A stretch of DNA of 64,000 nucleotides from Tagaea sp. (GTDB lineage: Bacteria; Pseudomonadota; Alphaproteobacteria; CACIAM-22H2): the NCBI GenBank assembly GCA_044378015.1, contig JBILXZ010000008.1:9917-73916 (forward strand), read 5' to 3'. The translations under genes and the position numbers were made by a program. This document shows, in pieces, positions 37,135 through 48,257 of this stretch. Positions within the stretch are counted from its first letter, which is position 1. Every line of letters starts with the position of its first letter. The notes below the pieces were generated by a model that was not told the DNA's origin, ran no database searches, and was given only the letters and a program-made list of their open reading frames with translations.

Positions 37135-38750
37135 GCGCTTTTCCCCAGCGCTGCGCGGTACGCGCCGAGCGCTTCGGGCGTGTCGAGATCGGTCAGCACG
37201 CCGTCGTCCGGCATGTCGACTTCGCACACGGACTCCTCGTGGCGGCGGACGAGGCCGCGCGCACCCTGGTCGCCTTCGAGAGCGGCCATCTCGGCGAAAA
37301 ACCGCTGCGCCCACAGGACCGGATTGCCGCGCTTGCCGTTGCGCGCGGCAACGCAAATCGCCCGACCTTCGAGGGGCGAAAAAGCGGCGATGAGCCGGTC
37401 CACGTGTGCGGACGTCACACCCGGCATATCGGCCAGCAGCACCACGGCTCCTTCGCAATCGGCCGGGACAGCGGCGAGCCCGGCGCGCAGCGAGCTTGCA
37501 AGGCCACTCGCATAGTCGGGATTGTCGACGAGCGTTGCCGCGCGACCCGCGAGGATCGCACGCACGCGGTCGGCTTCGTTGCCGAGCACCACGACCGTCG
37601 TGGCGGCCTGCGAGCCGGTCGCGGCGGCGACCGCGTGCTCGATAAGGCTGCGCCCGTCGATCTGAACAAACAGCTTGTTGGCGGGCGCCATGCGCGAGGA
37701 CTTTCCCGCCGCCAGCACGATCGCGGCGATGCGCGGCGCGGACTGCGTCGCCGTGCCCGCACGCGGCGTCGGGCGGGGAATCTCGGCGAGCAGGCCGCCC
37801 ACACCCATTGCGGCGATGGCTGCCGCATCGACCGGAAGACCGGCTGCAAAACGCTGCAGCACCCAGTCGAACCCGTTGAGCTTCGGCGAACGTGCGCAGC
37901 CCGGCAGGCCGACGACGCGGACCGGACCGATGCTGCCGAGCAGCAGCAGATTGCCGGGATCGACCGGCATGCCGAAACGCTCTATGCGCCCGCCGGCGGC
38001 TTCGATGGCGGCCGGGATCACGTCGTGCCGATCCACGATGGCCGACGCCCCCAGGACCAGGATCGGGTCGAATTGCATGGTTGCTGCGGCGGCGATTTCG
38101 CGCGCGAGCGCGCCGACCTCGTGGGGCGTGCGGCGCATATGCGCAAGCGTGCCGCCCAGCGATGCAAGCCGCACGGCCGTCGCTCCCTCGGTCGAGTCGA
38201 GCACGCTCTTTTTGGTGCCGGGCAGGGTCGTCTGCAAAAGGGCCGCGCGCAACGCGCCGTACGGGACATGCGACACGACGGGTTGCCGTTCGGCGATCGC
38301 GATACAGGCGTCGAGCGCCGCTTTGGGAGCCGCAAACGGGATGATCTTGATCGTGGCGAGCATGCCGCGGGCAGGCGCGGGTGCGAAGTCGGCCAAAGTA
38401 GCGAGCGTAATCGCCTCGTCGATCGCGTTGATCGCGGCGACGGCGGCGGCGTCGACGCGCGCCAAGCCCGGTGCTGCCGCGAACAGGTTGCAGCGCCCCG
38501 TGAAGGGGGCCGCAACGACAACACCCGGCCCTGCGAGCGTCTGCGCCAGAGCGTGCGCCGCTGCGTCTTCCGGAACGTCGCTGTCGTCGAACTGCGCGGC
38601 GACGATTTCGCCAACGCCCGCCGCCCGCAAAGCGGCAATGTCGTCGGCCGACAGGCGTCGGCCCTTGCGCAGGGCGATGCCCGGCCGCTTCAGGCTGTGC
38701 GCGAGGACTGCTCCTTCGGCGCGGTCGAGCGACAAGGTTCCGAACCGCAC
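37131..38750 (-). CDS. Molybdopterin-binding domain + MocA-like cytidylyltransferase fusion
   Basis: GMPVDPGNLL and GLPGCARSPK, then LAAGKSSRM...NK, LADMP, GNPV. Confidence 0.85.
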   Translation of the reverse strand: MRFGTLSLDRAEGAVLAHSLKRPGIALRKGRRLSADDIAALRAAGVGEIVAAQFDDSDVPEDAAAHALAQTLAGPGVVVAAPFTGRCNLFAAAPGLARVDAAAVAAINAIDEAITLATLADFAPAPARGMLATIKIIPFAAPKAALDACIAIAERQPVVSHVPYGALRAALLQTTLPGTKKSVLDSTEGATAVRLASLGGTLAHMRRTPHEVGALAREIAAAATMQFDPILVLGASAIVDRHDVIPAAIEAAGGRIERFGMPVDPGNLLLLGSIGPVRVVGLPGCARSPKLNGFDWVLQRFAAGLPVDAAAIAAMGVGGLLAEIPRPTPRAGTATQSAPRIAAIVLAAGKSSRMAPANKLFVQIDGRSLIEHAVAAATGSQAATTVVVLGNEADRVRAILAGRAATLVDNPDYASGLASSLRAGLAAVPADCEGAVVLLADMPGVTSAHVDRLIAAFSPLEGRAICVAARNGKRGNPVLWAQRFFAEMAALEGDQGARGLVRRHEESVCEVDMPDDGVLTDLDTPEALGAYRAALGKSA

Positions 38751-38755
38751 CGCCG

Positions 38756-39448
38756 TCAGGCTCCGCGCCGAACCTGGGTGATTTCCGCCACGATCGAGAT
38801 CGCGATTTCGGCGGGCGACAATGCGCCGATGGCGAGCCCGACGGGCCCGCGGATGCGCTTGCGCGCGGCCTCGTCGAAACCTTTGGCGGCGAGCCGTTCG
38901 AGGCGTGCCGCATGCGTCTTTCGCGAACCCAAAGCGCCGATGTAGAACGCGTTCGACGCAAGCGCCGCCTCGAGTGCTGGATCGTCGATTTTGGGATCGT
39001 GCGTCAAGGTCACGATGGCGGTGCGCGCATCGGGCTTCAAGGCCGCCATCGCTTCGTCGGGCCAATCCGTGGTCACCGAATAGCCGTCGAATTTCTGCGA
39101 GGCGGCAAAGGCCCGTCGCGGATCGATCAGCGTGGTGCCGTAGCCCGCGAGGCTCGCCATGCGCGCAAGCGGTTCGGCGATGTGCACGGCTCCGACGATC
39201 AGCAGGCGCGGCGGCGGGTTGAAGGAATGCACGAAGATCGCGCCCGCGCCCGTCTGCAGCATGCCGCTTTCGTCGCGTTCGAGCATCTCGACGGCACCGG
39301 CCATCATGTCGATGTCGATGCACAACGGGCCCTCGCTTTCGCCCTTGAACACGAGTTTTTGCGCACCGCTGCGCAAGTTCGTGACGAGGGCCACCGGCCG
39401 CTTGGCTGCACGCGCGGCCTGGAGCTTCGCGAGAATGTCTGGCGTCAT
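38756..39448 (-). CDS. XdhC/CoxF family protein (C-terminal part)
   Basis: IVGAVHIA, LTHDPKIDD, YIGALGS, PVGLAIGA.SPAEIA motifs. Confidence 0.9.
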   Translation of the reverse strand: MTPDILAKLQAARAAKRPVALVTNLRSGAQKLVFKGESEGPLCIDIDMMAGAVEMLERDESGMLQTGAGAIFVHSFNPPPRLLIVGAVHIAEPLARMASLAGYGTTLIDPRRAFAASQKFDGYSVTTDWPDEAMAALKPDARTAIVTLTHDPKIDDPALEAALASNAFYIGALGSRKTHAARLERLAAKGFDEAARKRIRGPVGLAIGALSPAEIAISIVAEITQVRRGA

Positions 39449-39449
39449 C

Positions 39450-39764
39450 TCAGCCGAGCCTTTCCACGAAAACCTGCACCTTGCCGCCGCAGGCAAGGCC
39501 AACGTCCCAAGCCTGTTCGTTCGTCACGCCGAAATCGAGCAGGCGCGGCCGGCCCGTCGCGATCGCGTCGAGCGCCTCTTTGACGACCGCCCCCTCGATG
39601 CACCCGCCCGACACCGAACCCGCGAATTTGCCGCTCGCATCGACCGCAAGCTGCGAGCCGACGGGGCGCGGCGAGGAACCCCAGGTCGAAACGACGGTGG
39701 CGATCGCAACCCCAGTGCCGTTCGCGCGCCAATGTGCGGCTTGTTCGAGAATGTCGTCGCTCAT
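39450..39764 (-). CDS. XdhC/CoxI family protein (N-terminal part)
   Basis: ATVVSTWGSSPRPVG, GSVSGGCIE, GLACGG motifs. Confidence 0.9.
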   Translation of the reverse strand: MSDDILEQAAHWRANGTGVAIATVVSTWGSSPRPVGSQLAVDASGKFAGSVSGGCIEGAVVKEALDAIATGRPRLLDFGVTNEQAWDVGLACGGKVQVFVERLG

Positions 39765-40987
39765 GCGGCTGCTTCTTTCCAATGGAAATGGCCGTGCGCG
39801 CGTGGTGCGGGCGCCTGGGCCAATGCTTCGATCAGGCTCGCAAGGCTTGCCAGATTGTGCACCGGGCGGAATTCGTCGACATGCGGCAGCAAGGCCTTCA
39901 CGCCGAGGGATTTGGGCGCAAAACCCGCATAGCGCAAGAGCGGATTCAGCCAAATAAGACGGCCGCAGGATTTGGCGAGCCGCTCGGCCTCGGCCGCAAG
40001 CCCGGCTCCGGCCTCGCGGTCGAGCCCGTCGGTCACGAGCAGCACGGTCGGGCTGCGCGCCAGCACGCGCCGGCCCCAGCGCCAATTGAACTCGCGCAAA
40101 CAATGGCCGAGCCGCGTGCCGCCCGACCAGTCTTCGACCTGGCCTGCGACTTGCGCCAGTGCGAGGTCGATGTCCTTGCGGCGCAAGGCGCGCGTGACGT
40201 TCGTGAGCCTCGTGCCGAACAAAAAAACATGCACGCGCGCGCGGTCGTTGACCAGCATATGCACGAAATGAAGGAACATGCGCGCATAGCGCTCCATCGA
40301 ACCCGAAATGTCGAGCAGCACCACGAGCGGCGGCGTCTCGATGCGGGGTGCCTTGAACCGCAGCTGGGCAAGATCGCCACCGCTGCGCAGCATCGCGCGC
40401 AGCGTGGCGCGCGGATCGAGCCGATTGCCGCCCGCGCTCGGCCGGGTGCGCCTTGTGCGCCGCGTGGGGAAGGCACCGCCCAATTGCAGCATTGCGCGCT
40501 TGGCGACGGCCATTTCCTCGGCCGACATTTGCTCGAAATCCTTGGACTGCAGAAGCTCGTTGTCCGACCATGTCATGGCCGCGTCGAAATCGGTGCGGTC
40601 TTCGGGGGCCTCGGCTTGCGCGGGCGGCGGCTGACGGTGGAAAGCCTCGGCCACGCGCCGCAGGGTCGGATCGGGCTGCATATCTTCGGCGTCGGCATCG
40701 GCGGCCTGCGGCAACAGCATGCCCATCGCGCGTTCGAGCAGTTTGGGATCGCGCCAGAACAGGCCGAAAGCCTGGTCGAAGATCGGCTGCTGTTCGCGGC
40801 GGTTAACGAGCGTTGCGTGCAGCGCCCAATAGAGATCGCGCTTTTTCTCGATGCCGACGGCGGCGGCGGCGCGGGCGGCTTCGATCGCGCGCCCGGGTCC
40901 GACCGGCAAGCCTGCGGCGCGCAGGAGACGCGTGAAATGCACGATATTGTCGAGCAGCAGACCCGGTGCGGCGGCGGCTTCCGTCAT
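39761..40987 (-). CDS. coxE: CoxE-like VWA domain protein
   Basis: DISGSMERY, FGTRL, DWSGGTRLG, TDGLD, WLNPL motifs. Confidence 0.9.
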   Translation of the reverse strand: MTEAAAAPGLLLDNIVHFTRLLRAAGLPVGPGRAIEAARAAAAVGIEKKRDLYWALHATLVNRREQQPIFDQAFGLFWRDPKLLERAMGMLLPQAADADAEDMQPDPTLRRVAEAFHRQPPPAQAEAPEDRTDFDAAMTWSDNELLQSKDFEQMSAEEMAVAKRAMLQLGGAFPTRRTRRTRPSAGGNRLDPRATLRAMLRSGGDLAQLRFKAPRIETPPLVVLLDISGSMERYARMFLHFVHMLVNDRARVHVFLFGTRLTNVTRALRRKDIDLALAQVAGQVEDWSGGTRLGHCLREFNWRWGRRVLARSPTVLLVTDGLDREAGAGLAAEAERLAKSCGRLIWLNPLLRYAGFAPKSLGVKALLPHVDEFRPVHNLASLASLIEALAQAPAPRAHGHFHWKEAAA

Positions 40988-41886
40988 TGGGCTGCTTCGG
41001 CCTCGACTTCTTTGAGCAGCTTGAGTGCGGTGGTGCCGCGCACTTTGGCGATGTCGTCTTGGTATTTGAGAAGGGCACCCAGCGTGTCGTCTATCGTGGC
41101 GGGGTCGAGTGCGATGCGGTCCAGCACGCCGAGCGCGTTGGTCCAGTCCATCGTTTCGGCGACGCCGGGCAGCTTGAACAACTCTTCGCGCCGCAGCTTC
41201 TGCACGAACGCTACGATCTGCGCCGAGAGCTTTTCGGGCATGCCCGGACATTTGGCGCGGACGATGGCAAGTTCGCGCGCGGCATCCGGGAAATCGACCC
41301 AGGCATAGAAGCAGCGGCGCTTCAACGCGTCGTGCACTTCGCGCGTACGGTTGGAGGTGACAATGCACAAGGGGGCGGCGGGGGCCTTGATGGTGCCGAG
41401 TTCCGGAATCGAGACCTGCCAATCGCCCAACACCTCGAGCAGATAGGCCTCGAACGGTTCGTCGGCGCGGTCGAGTTCGTCGATCAGCAGCACGGGCGGG
41501 CCTGCAGGGTCTGGGGCAAGCGCTTCGAGCAGCGGGCGGCGGATCAAGAAACGCTCGGAGAAGATTTCCGCCTCGAGCCCAGGGGCGGCACCCTTGCCGG
41601 CCTCGGCGAGGCGGATTTCCATCATCTGGCGCGGATAGTTCCATTCGTAGACCGCACTCGCCGCATCGAGACCTTCGTAGCATTGCAGGCGGATCAGCTT
41701 GCGGCCGAGTGCGGCGGCAAGGACCTTGGCGATTTCGGTCTTGCCGGTCCCCGGTTCGCCCTCCAAAAACAGCGGACGACCGAGCTTCAGCGACAAAAAC
41801 AGTGCCGTCGCAAGGCTGCGTTCTGCGACGTAACATTGCGCCGACAAAAGGGCCAGCGTCTGGTCGATATCGGCGGGCAATTGCAT
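40984..41886 (-). CDS. coxD: CoxD-like MoxR AAA+ ATPase
   Basis: GEPGTGKT, LQCYEG, LIDELD, TSNRTREVHDALKRR motifs. Confidence 0.9.
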   Translation of the reverse strand: MQLPADIDQTLALLSAQCYVAERSLATALFLSLKLGRPLFLEGEPGTGKTEIAKVLAAALGRKLIRLQCYEGLDAASAVYEWNYPRQMMEIRLAEAGKGAAPGLEAEIFSERFLIRRPLLEALAPDPAGPPVLLIDELDRADEPFEAYLLEVLGDWQVSIPELGTIKAPAAPLCIVTSNRTREVHDALKRRCFYAWVDFPDAARELAIVRAKCPGMPEKLSAQIVAFVQKLRREELFKLPGVAETMDWTNALGVLDRIALDPATIDDTLGALLKYQDDIAKVRGTTALKLLKEVEAEAAQ

Positions 41887-41949
41887 CGGCAACTCATGGG
41901 GTTGGAGGCTGCCGAGAGCATCGCACAGCCGGGGTATGGCAAGGAAGAG

Positions 41950-42232
41950 GGGAGGTGGCACGGCAAGGGAGCTTGGCGCGACAACCCTCGACAGCTTCGC
42001 TGTCTCGATCGTCGAGCGGCTGTGGCGGACGACCAGATTCGAGGAGGTGTGTCTGCGTGCCTACGACACGGTGAGCGAGGCGCGCGCGTCGCTCGGCCGA
42101 CACATCGAGTTCTACAACGCGCGGCGCCCGCACTCGAGCCTTGACTGGCAGACGCCGGATCGGCCGTGCTTCAACCGGCAGAGGCCCCACTTATAAAACC
42201 CGGAAAACTGTTCAAACAAACCGAGCCAGCTC
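41950..42232 (+). mobile_element. Degenerate IS3-family remnant (OrfB C-terminus and right end)
   Basis: HGKGAWRDN, then after a frameshift IVERLWRT...EEV.LRAY...FYNARRPHSSLD.QTPD; terminal CCACTTA...AAAACTGTTCAAACAAACCGAGCCA. Confidence 0.8.
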
Positions 42233-42535
42233 GATCCGCTGCGCTTTCGCTTTCGCCTGATCGGCGAAGCAGTGCTCGCGGCGCGAGCGCCGGGGCGGCC
42301 CGGGCTCCATGTCGACGAATTGCCGCGCACGGGCACGCAATCCAATCTGCAGGCGAGCCTTGCCGCAGCCGTCGCGAGCCGCGCGCCCAACTGGTATCGC
42401 GGCCCGCCGACCTTGAAGCACCACGCCCATGTGCGCGAACTCGAAGGCGTGATGCTGCCCTTTGCCGCCGACGGGTGCATCGAAACGTTTTTGGGCTCGA
42501 CGCTCTTTCGCTGGCAGAGCGGGCAGGAAACCTGA
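42233..42535 (+). pseudogene. 5'-truncated PAS_5-like domain gene
   Basis: DPLRFRFRLIG...ELEGVMLPF begins right at the IS end, with no clear start or RBS. Confidence 0.55.
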
Positions 42536-42545
42536 TCGGCGGGCG

Positions 42546-43340
42546 TCAGCCTGCCGCCGTCACCGCGCGCTTGGCCATCACGCCCACCAGATGGGCGCGA
42601 TAGTCGGCCGCTGCGTGGATGTCGCTGTTGAGGCCGTCGGGCGCTATTTTGAGCCCTTCGAGCGACGCGGCACCCCAAGCTTTCGACAACGCGGTTTCGG
42701 CGTCTTTCCAGCGGAACACGGCCGAGGCCGCACCGGTCACTGCCACGCGCGCGCCAGCCGAAGTTTTGGCGACCATAACGCCGACAAGCGCATAGCGCGA
42801 GGCGGGCTGGCCGAATTTCGCGTAGGCCGCCTTTTCGGGGATCGGGAAGCTCACCGACACGACGATCTCGCCTGGCGTCAGCGCCGTCTCGAACATGCCG
42901 ACGAAAAACGCGTCGGCAGGAATTTCGCGCGTGTTGGTCTTGATCGTGGCCCCCAAAGCGAGGCATGCCGCCGGGTAGTCGGCCGCCGGATCGTTGTTGG
43001 CGATAGAGCCGCCGATCGTGCCGCGATTGCGCACCTGCGGATCGCCAATGCCCTCGGCAAGGGCCGCTAGGGCGGGCAGGGCCTTCTTGATTTCGGCCGA
43101 AGCCGCGACTTCGCCGTGGCGCGTCATGGCGCCGATCGTGATCTTGCCGCTCGCGACCGCGATCCCGGCCAGATCCTTGATGGCGGAGAGATCGACGACG
43201 GCGCTCGGCTTGGCAAGGCGCTGCTTCAGCGTTGGGATCAGCGTCTGGCCGCCGGCCAGCGCCTTGGCGTCGCCGTCGGCGGCGAGCAGTTTGACTGCAT
43301 CGGCGACCGTGGCAGGTTTGTGATAGGAAAAATCGTACAT
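42546..43340 (-). CDS. coxM: Molybdenum hydroxylase FAD subunit
   Basis: LAGGQTL, VRNRGTIGGS, ADYR motifs. Confidence 0.92.
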   Translation of the reverse strand: MYDFSYHKPATVADAVKLLAADGDAKALAGGQTLIPTLKQRLAKPSAVVDLSAIKDLAGIAVASGKITIGAMTRHGEVAASAEIKKALPALAALAEGIGDPQVRNRGTIGGSIANNDPAADYPAACLALGATIKTNTREIPADAFFVGMFETALTPGEIVVSVSFPIPEKAAYAKFGQPASRYALVGVMVAKTSAGARVAVTGAASAVFRWKDAETALSKAWGAASLEGLKIAPDGLNSDIHAAADYRAHLVGVMAKRAVTAAG

Positions 43341-43360
43341 CGCAAATCTCCTTGTTTGAA

Positions 43361-45733
<2,373 letters not shown>

Positions 45734-45807
45734 TTGCGTTTCTCCCTGCAGCGTTTCGCGTTTGCTTTTTCCAGCAACTCTTGGCGAGACCGTTCGGTGC
45801 GGTTGCC

Positions 45808-46281
45808 CTATTTGGCCGCCGCCATCGCCTGCGCGCCGGCCTGAACAGCCTTGACGATGTTGTGGTAGCCCGTGCAGCGGCAGATATTGCCTTCGAGCCA
45901 TTCGCGCACGTCGTGTTCGCTCGGGTTCGAATTGCGTTTGGCAAGCTCGATGGCGCTCATGACCATGCCGGGCGTGCAAAAGCCGCATTGCAGACCGTGA
46001 TGTTCCTTGAATGCGGCCTGCATCGGGTGAAGCTCGTTGCCGTTGGCAAGTCCCTCGATCGTCGTCACGGCCGTCCCGTCGGCCTGGGCGGCCAGCATCG
46101 TGCACGATTTGACAGACTTGCCCTCGACATGCACCACGCAAGCCCCGCACTGGCTGGTGTCGCAGCCCACATGCGTGCCGGTCATGCCGAGTTTTTCGCG
46201 CAGCACCTGCACCAGCAGCGTGCGCCCTTCGATCTCGGCCGATACCTTCTTGCCGTTCACGGTCAGCGAAATCTTGCCCAT
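45808..46281 (-). CDS. coxS: 2Fe-2S small subunit
   Basis: [24 protein letters not shown] motifs. Confidence 0.93.
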   Translation of the reverse strand: MGKISLTVNGKKVSAEIEGRTLLVQVLREKLGMTGTHVGCDTSQCGACVVHVEGKSVKSCTMLAAQADGTAVTTIEGLANGNELHPMQAAFKEHHGLQCGFCTPGMVMSAIELAKRNSNPSEHDVREWLEGNICRCTGYHNIVKAVQAGAQAMAAAK

Positions 46282-46365
46282 TGTTTCTCCCCTCGGTGTT
46301 TTCTTCGACGATTTTTGGCTCGATTGGCGATCAGTGTTGGGGGTGCGTGGGGCTGTCGTCAAGCG

Positions 46366-46959
46366 TCAACCGCGCAACACCATCCACAGCACGACCGCGA
46401 CCGCCGCCACAAGAGCCGCAATCCACACGCCCTGCGGCAAACCGCCTGTTTGCGGCGCGGAAATTTCGGATTCTTGCGAAATCGCGGGTGTCTCTAGCGC
46501 CGCCGCCTCTGCTGCGGGCGGCGCTACCGTTGCAGCGAATTTTCCGAAAAATTCGTCGGCGAGTTTTTTGGCTGTCGCATCGATGAGGCGCGAGCCGAGC
46601 TGTGCCATTTTGCCGCCGACTTGGCTGTCGGCCGTGTAGGTGAGGATCGTGCCGCCGGCCCCGTCCTCGGCGAGCTTCACGACGGCCGAGCCTTTGCCGA
46701 AGCCCGCAACCCCGCCCTGGCCTTCGCCGGCGATCTTGTAGCCGTTGGGCGGGTCGATGTCGGACAAGGTCACTTTGCCCGTGAAACGCGCCGTCATCGG
46801 GCCGATTTTGAGGCCGACCTTGGCCGCGAAGCCATTGTCCTCGGTTTTCGTCAGTTCCTCGCAGCCCGGGATGCATTGTTTGAGGATCTCGGGATCGTTG
46901 AGACCGTCCCAAACCGCGCTCCGGGGCAGGGGAAGCCGGTATTCGCCGCTCAGATTCAT
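46366..46959 (-). CDS. coxG: CoxG / SRPBCC protein with C-terminal membrane anchor
   Basis: [25 protein letters not shown]; C-terminal TM. Confidence 0.9.
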   Translation of the reverse strand: MNLSGEYRLPLPRSAVWDGLNDPEILKQCIPGCEELTKTEDNGFAAKVGLKIGPMTARFTGKVTLSDIDPPNGYKIAGEGQGGVAGFGKGSAVVKLAEDGAGGTILTYTADSQVGGKMAQLGSRLIDATAKKLADEFFGKFAATVAPPAAEAAALETPAISQESEISAPQTGGLPQGVWIAALVAAVAVVLWMVLRG

Positions 46960-47119
46960 GGAGATGCCCGCTCAATTGCGCCAAATGCGCAAAATTTTGG
47001 TGGAAAGACAACGCAAGTTTCCCATATTAACACCACCGAGTACCAGAGTGTTTCGACGCGGCTATCGCGTAAAACAAAACCGCAGGCGCGCAAGCGCTGC
47101 AAAAGGGAGGTTTTCCAAA

Positions 47120-48094
47120 ATGACCATCAATCGTCGTTCCGCACTGGCGATGGGCGCTGCCGCCGTTGGCGTCCTTTCGGCCCCGGCCATTGCCCAAGGG
47201 CGTCGCCGCATCACGGTCGTGACCGGCGGAACGGGCGGCGTGTTCTACCCCTATGGCGGCGGCCTCGCGAAGCTGTTCGCCGAAAAGATGGCTAACACCC
47301 AGGCGACCTCGCAAGTAACCGGCGGCTCGGTCGACAATGTGAAATTGCTGCACACGGGCGACGCCGAGTTGGGCTTCTCGACGATGGACAGCGCCTATGA
47401 CGGCATGATGGGCGAGGGTGCGTACAAGGCCGACGGCAAGCAGGATATCCGGGTCATCGGCATGCTCTACGATTCGTTCCTGCACGTCGTAGCCAGCCAG
47501 TCCTCGAACGTGACCAACATCGCATCGATGCGCGGCAAGCGCATTTCAGTGGGTTCGGCCGGCTCGTCGACCGAGTCGATCGCCGACCGCGTGATCGCTG
47601 CGAGCGGTCTCAACGAAATGCGCGACATCACGCGCGACAATCTCAGCGTCGCGGAATCGGCCGGCGCTATCAAGGACGGCAAGATCGCCGCGTTCTTCTG
47701 GATCGGCGGCATCCCGACGGCGGCGGTGCGCGAGCTTGCGACCGGCGGCCAGCCGCCGATCCGCTTCATTCCGACCACCTCGGAATTCGCCGTGCTCGAC
47801 GCCAAATGGCCGGGCCTCTACCGCCCGTTCAACTTGGCGGCCGGCTCCTACGCCAACCAAACCGAAGCTTTGGGCGGGCTCGGCGTCGCCAACGTGCTGA
47901 TCGTGCCGACCAAGCTGCCCAACGCCATGGTCACCTCTATGCTCGAGACGATCTTCAACAACCTCGCGGAAGTGCAGGGGATCCATCCCGAAGCGCGCAA
48001 GCTCACGCTTCAGAGCGCGGCCGGCAAGTCGGCAGTGCCGTACCATCCGGCGGCCGAGGCCTTCTACCGCTCGAAGGGCATTTCGATGTCCTAA
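47120..48094 (+). CDS. TAXI-family TRAP solute receptor (Tat signal)
   Basis: NRRSAL; TGGTGGVFYPYG, TGGSVDN, GSAGSST, PYHPAA motifs. Confidence 0.9.
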   Translation: MTINRRSALAMGAAAVGVLSAPAIAQGRRRITVVTGGTGGVFYPYGGGLAKLFAEKMANTQATSQVTGGSVDNVKLLHTGDAELGFSTMDSAYDGMMGEGAYKADGKQDIRVIGMLYDSFLHVVASQSSNVTNIASMRGKRISVGSAGSSTESIADRVIAASGLNEMRDITRDNLSVAESAGAIKDGKIAAFFWIGGIPTAAVRELATGGQPPIRFIPTTSEFAVLDAKWPGLYRPFNLAAGSYANQTEALGGLGVANVLIVPTKLPNAMVTSMLETIFNNLAEVQGIHPEARKLTLQSAAGKSAVPYHPAAEAFYRSKGISMS

Positions 48095-48117
48095 CTTTCG
48101 CCAAACCAAGTGGACGT

Positions 48118-48152
48118 CAAAGACCCGGGACCTTTGGTTTCGGGTCTTTTTT
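48118..48152 (+). terminator. Intrinsic terminator / attenuator after the TAXI receptor
   Basis: AAAGACCCGG...TCGGGTCTTTTTT. Confidence 0.75.
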
Positions 48153-48257
48153 TGTTTTCATTCCGTCGTTTCTTCTTCCATAACTATTGTACAGGGAAGA
48201 CGAAGTAGACCCGCCGCAGATGCGGGCTTTCGCCGAACGCAAGGGAAGAAGTTGCCG

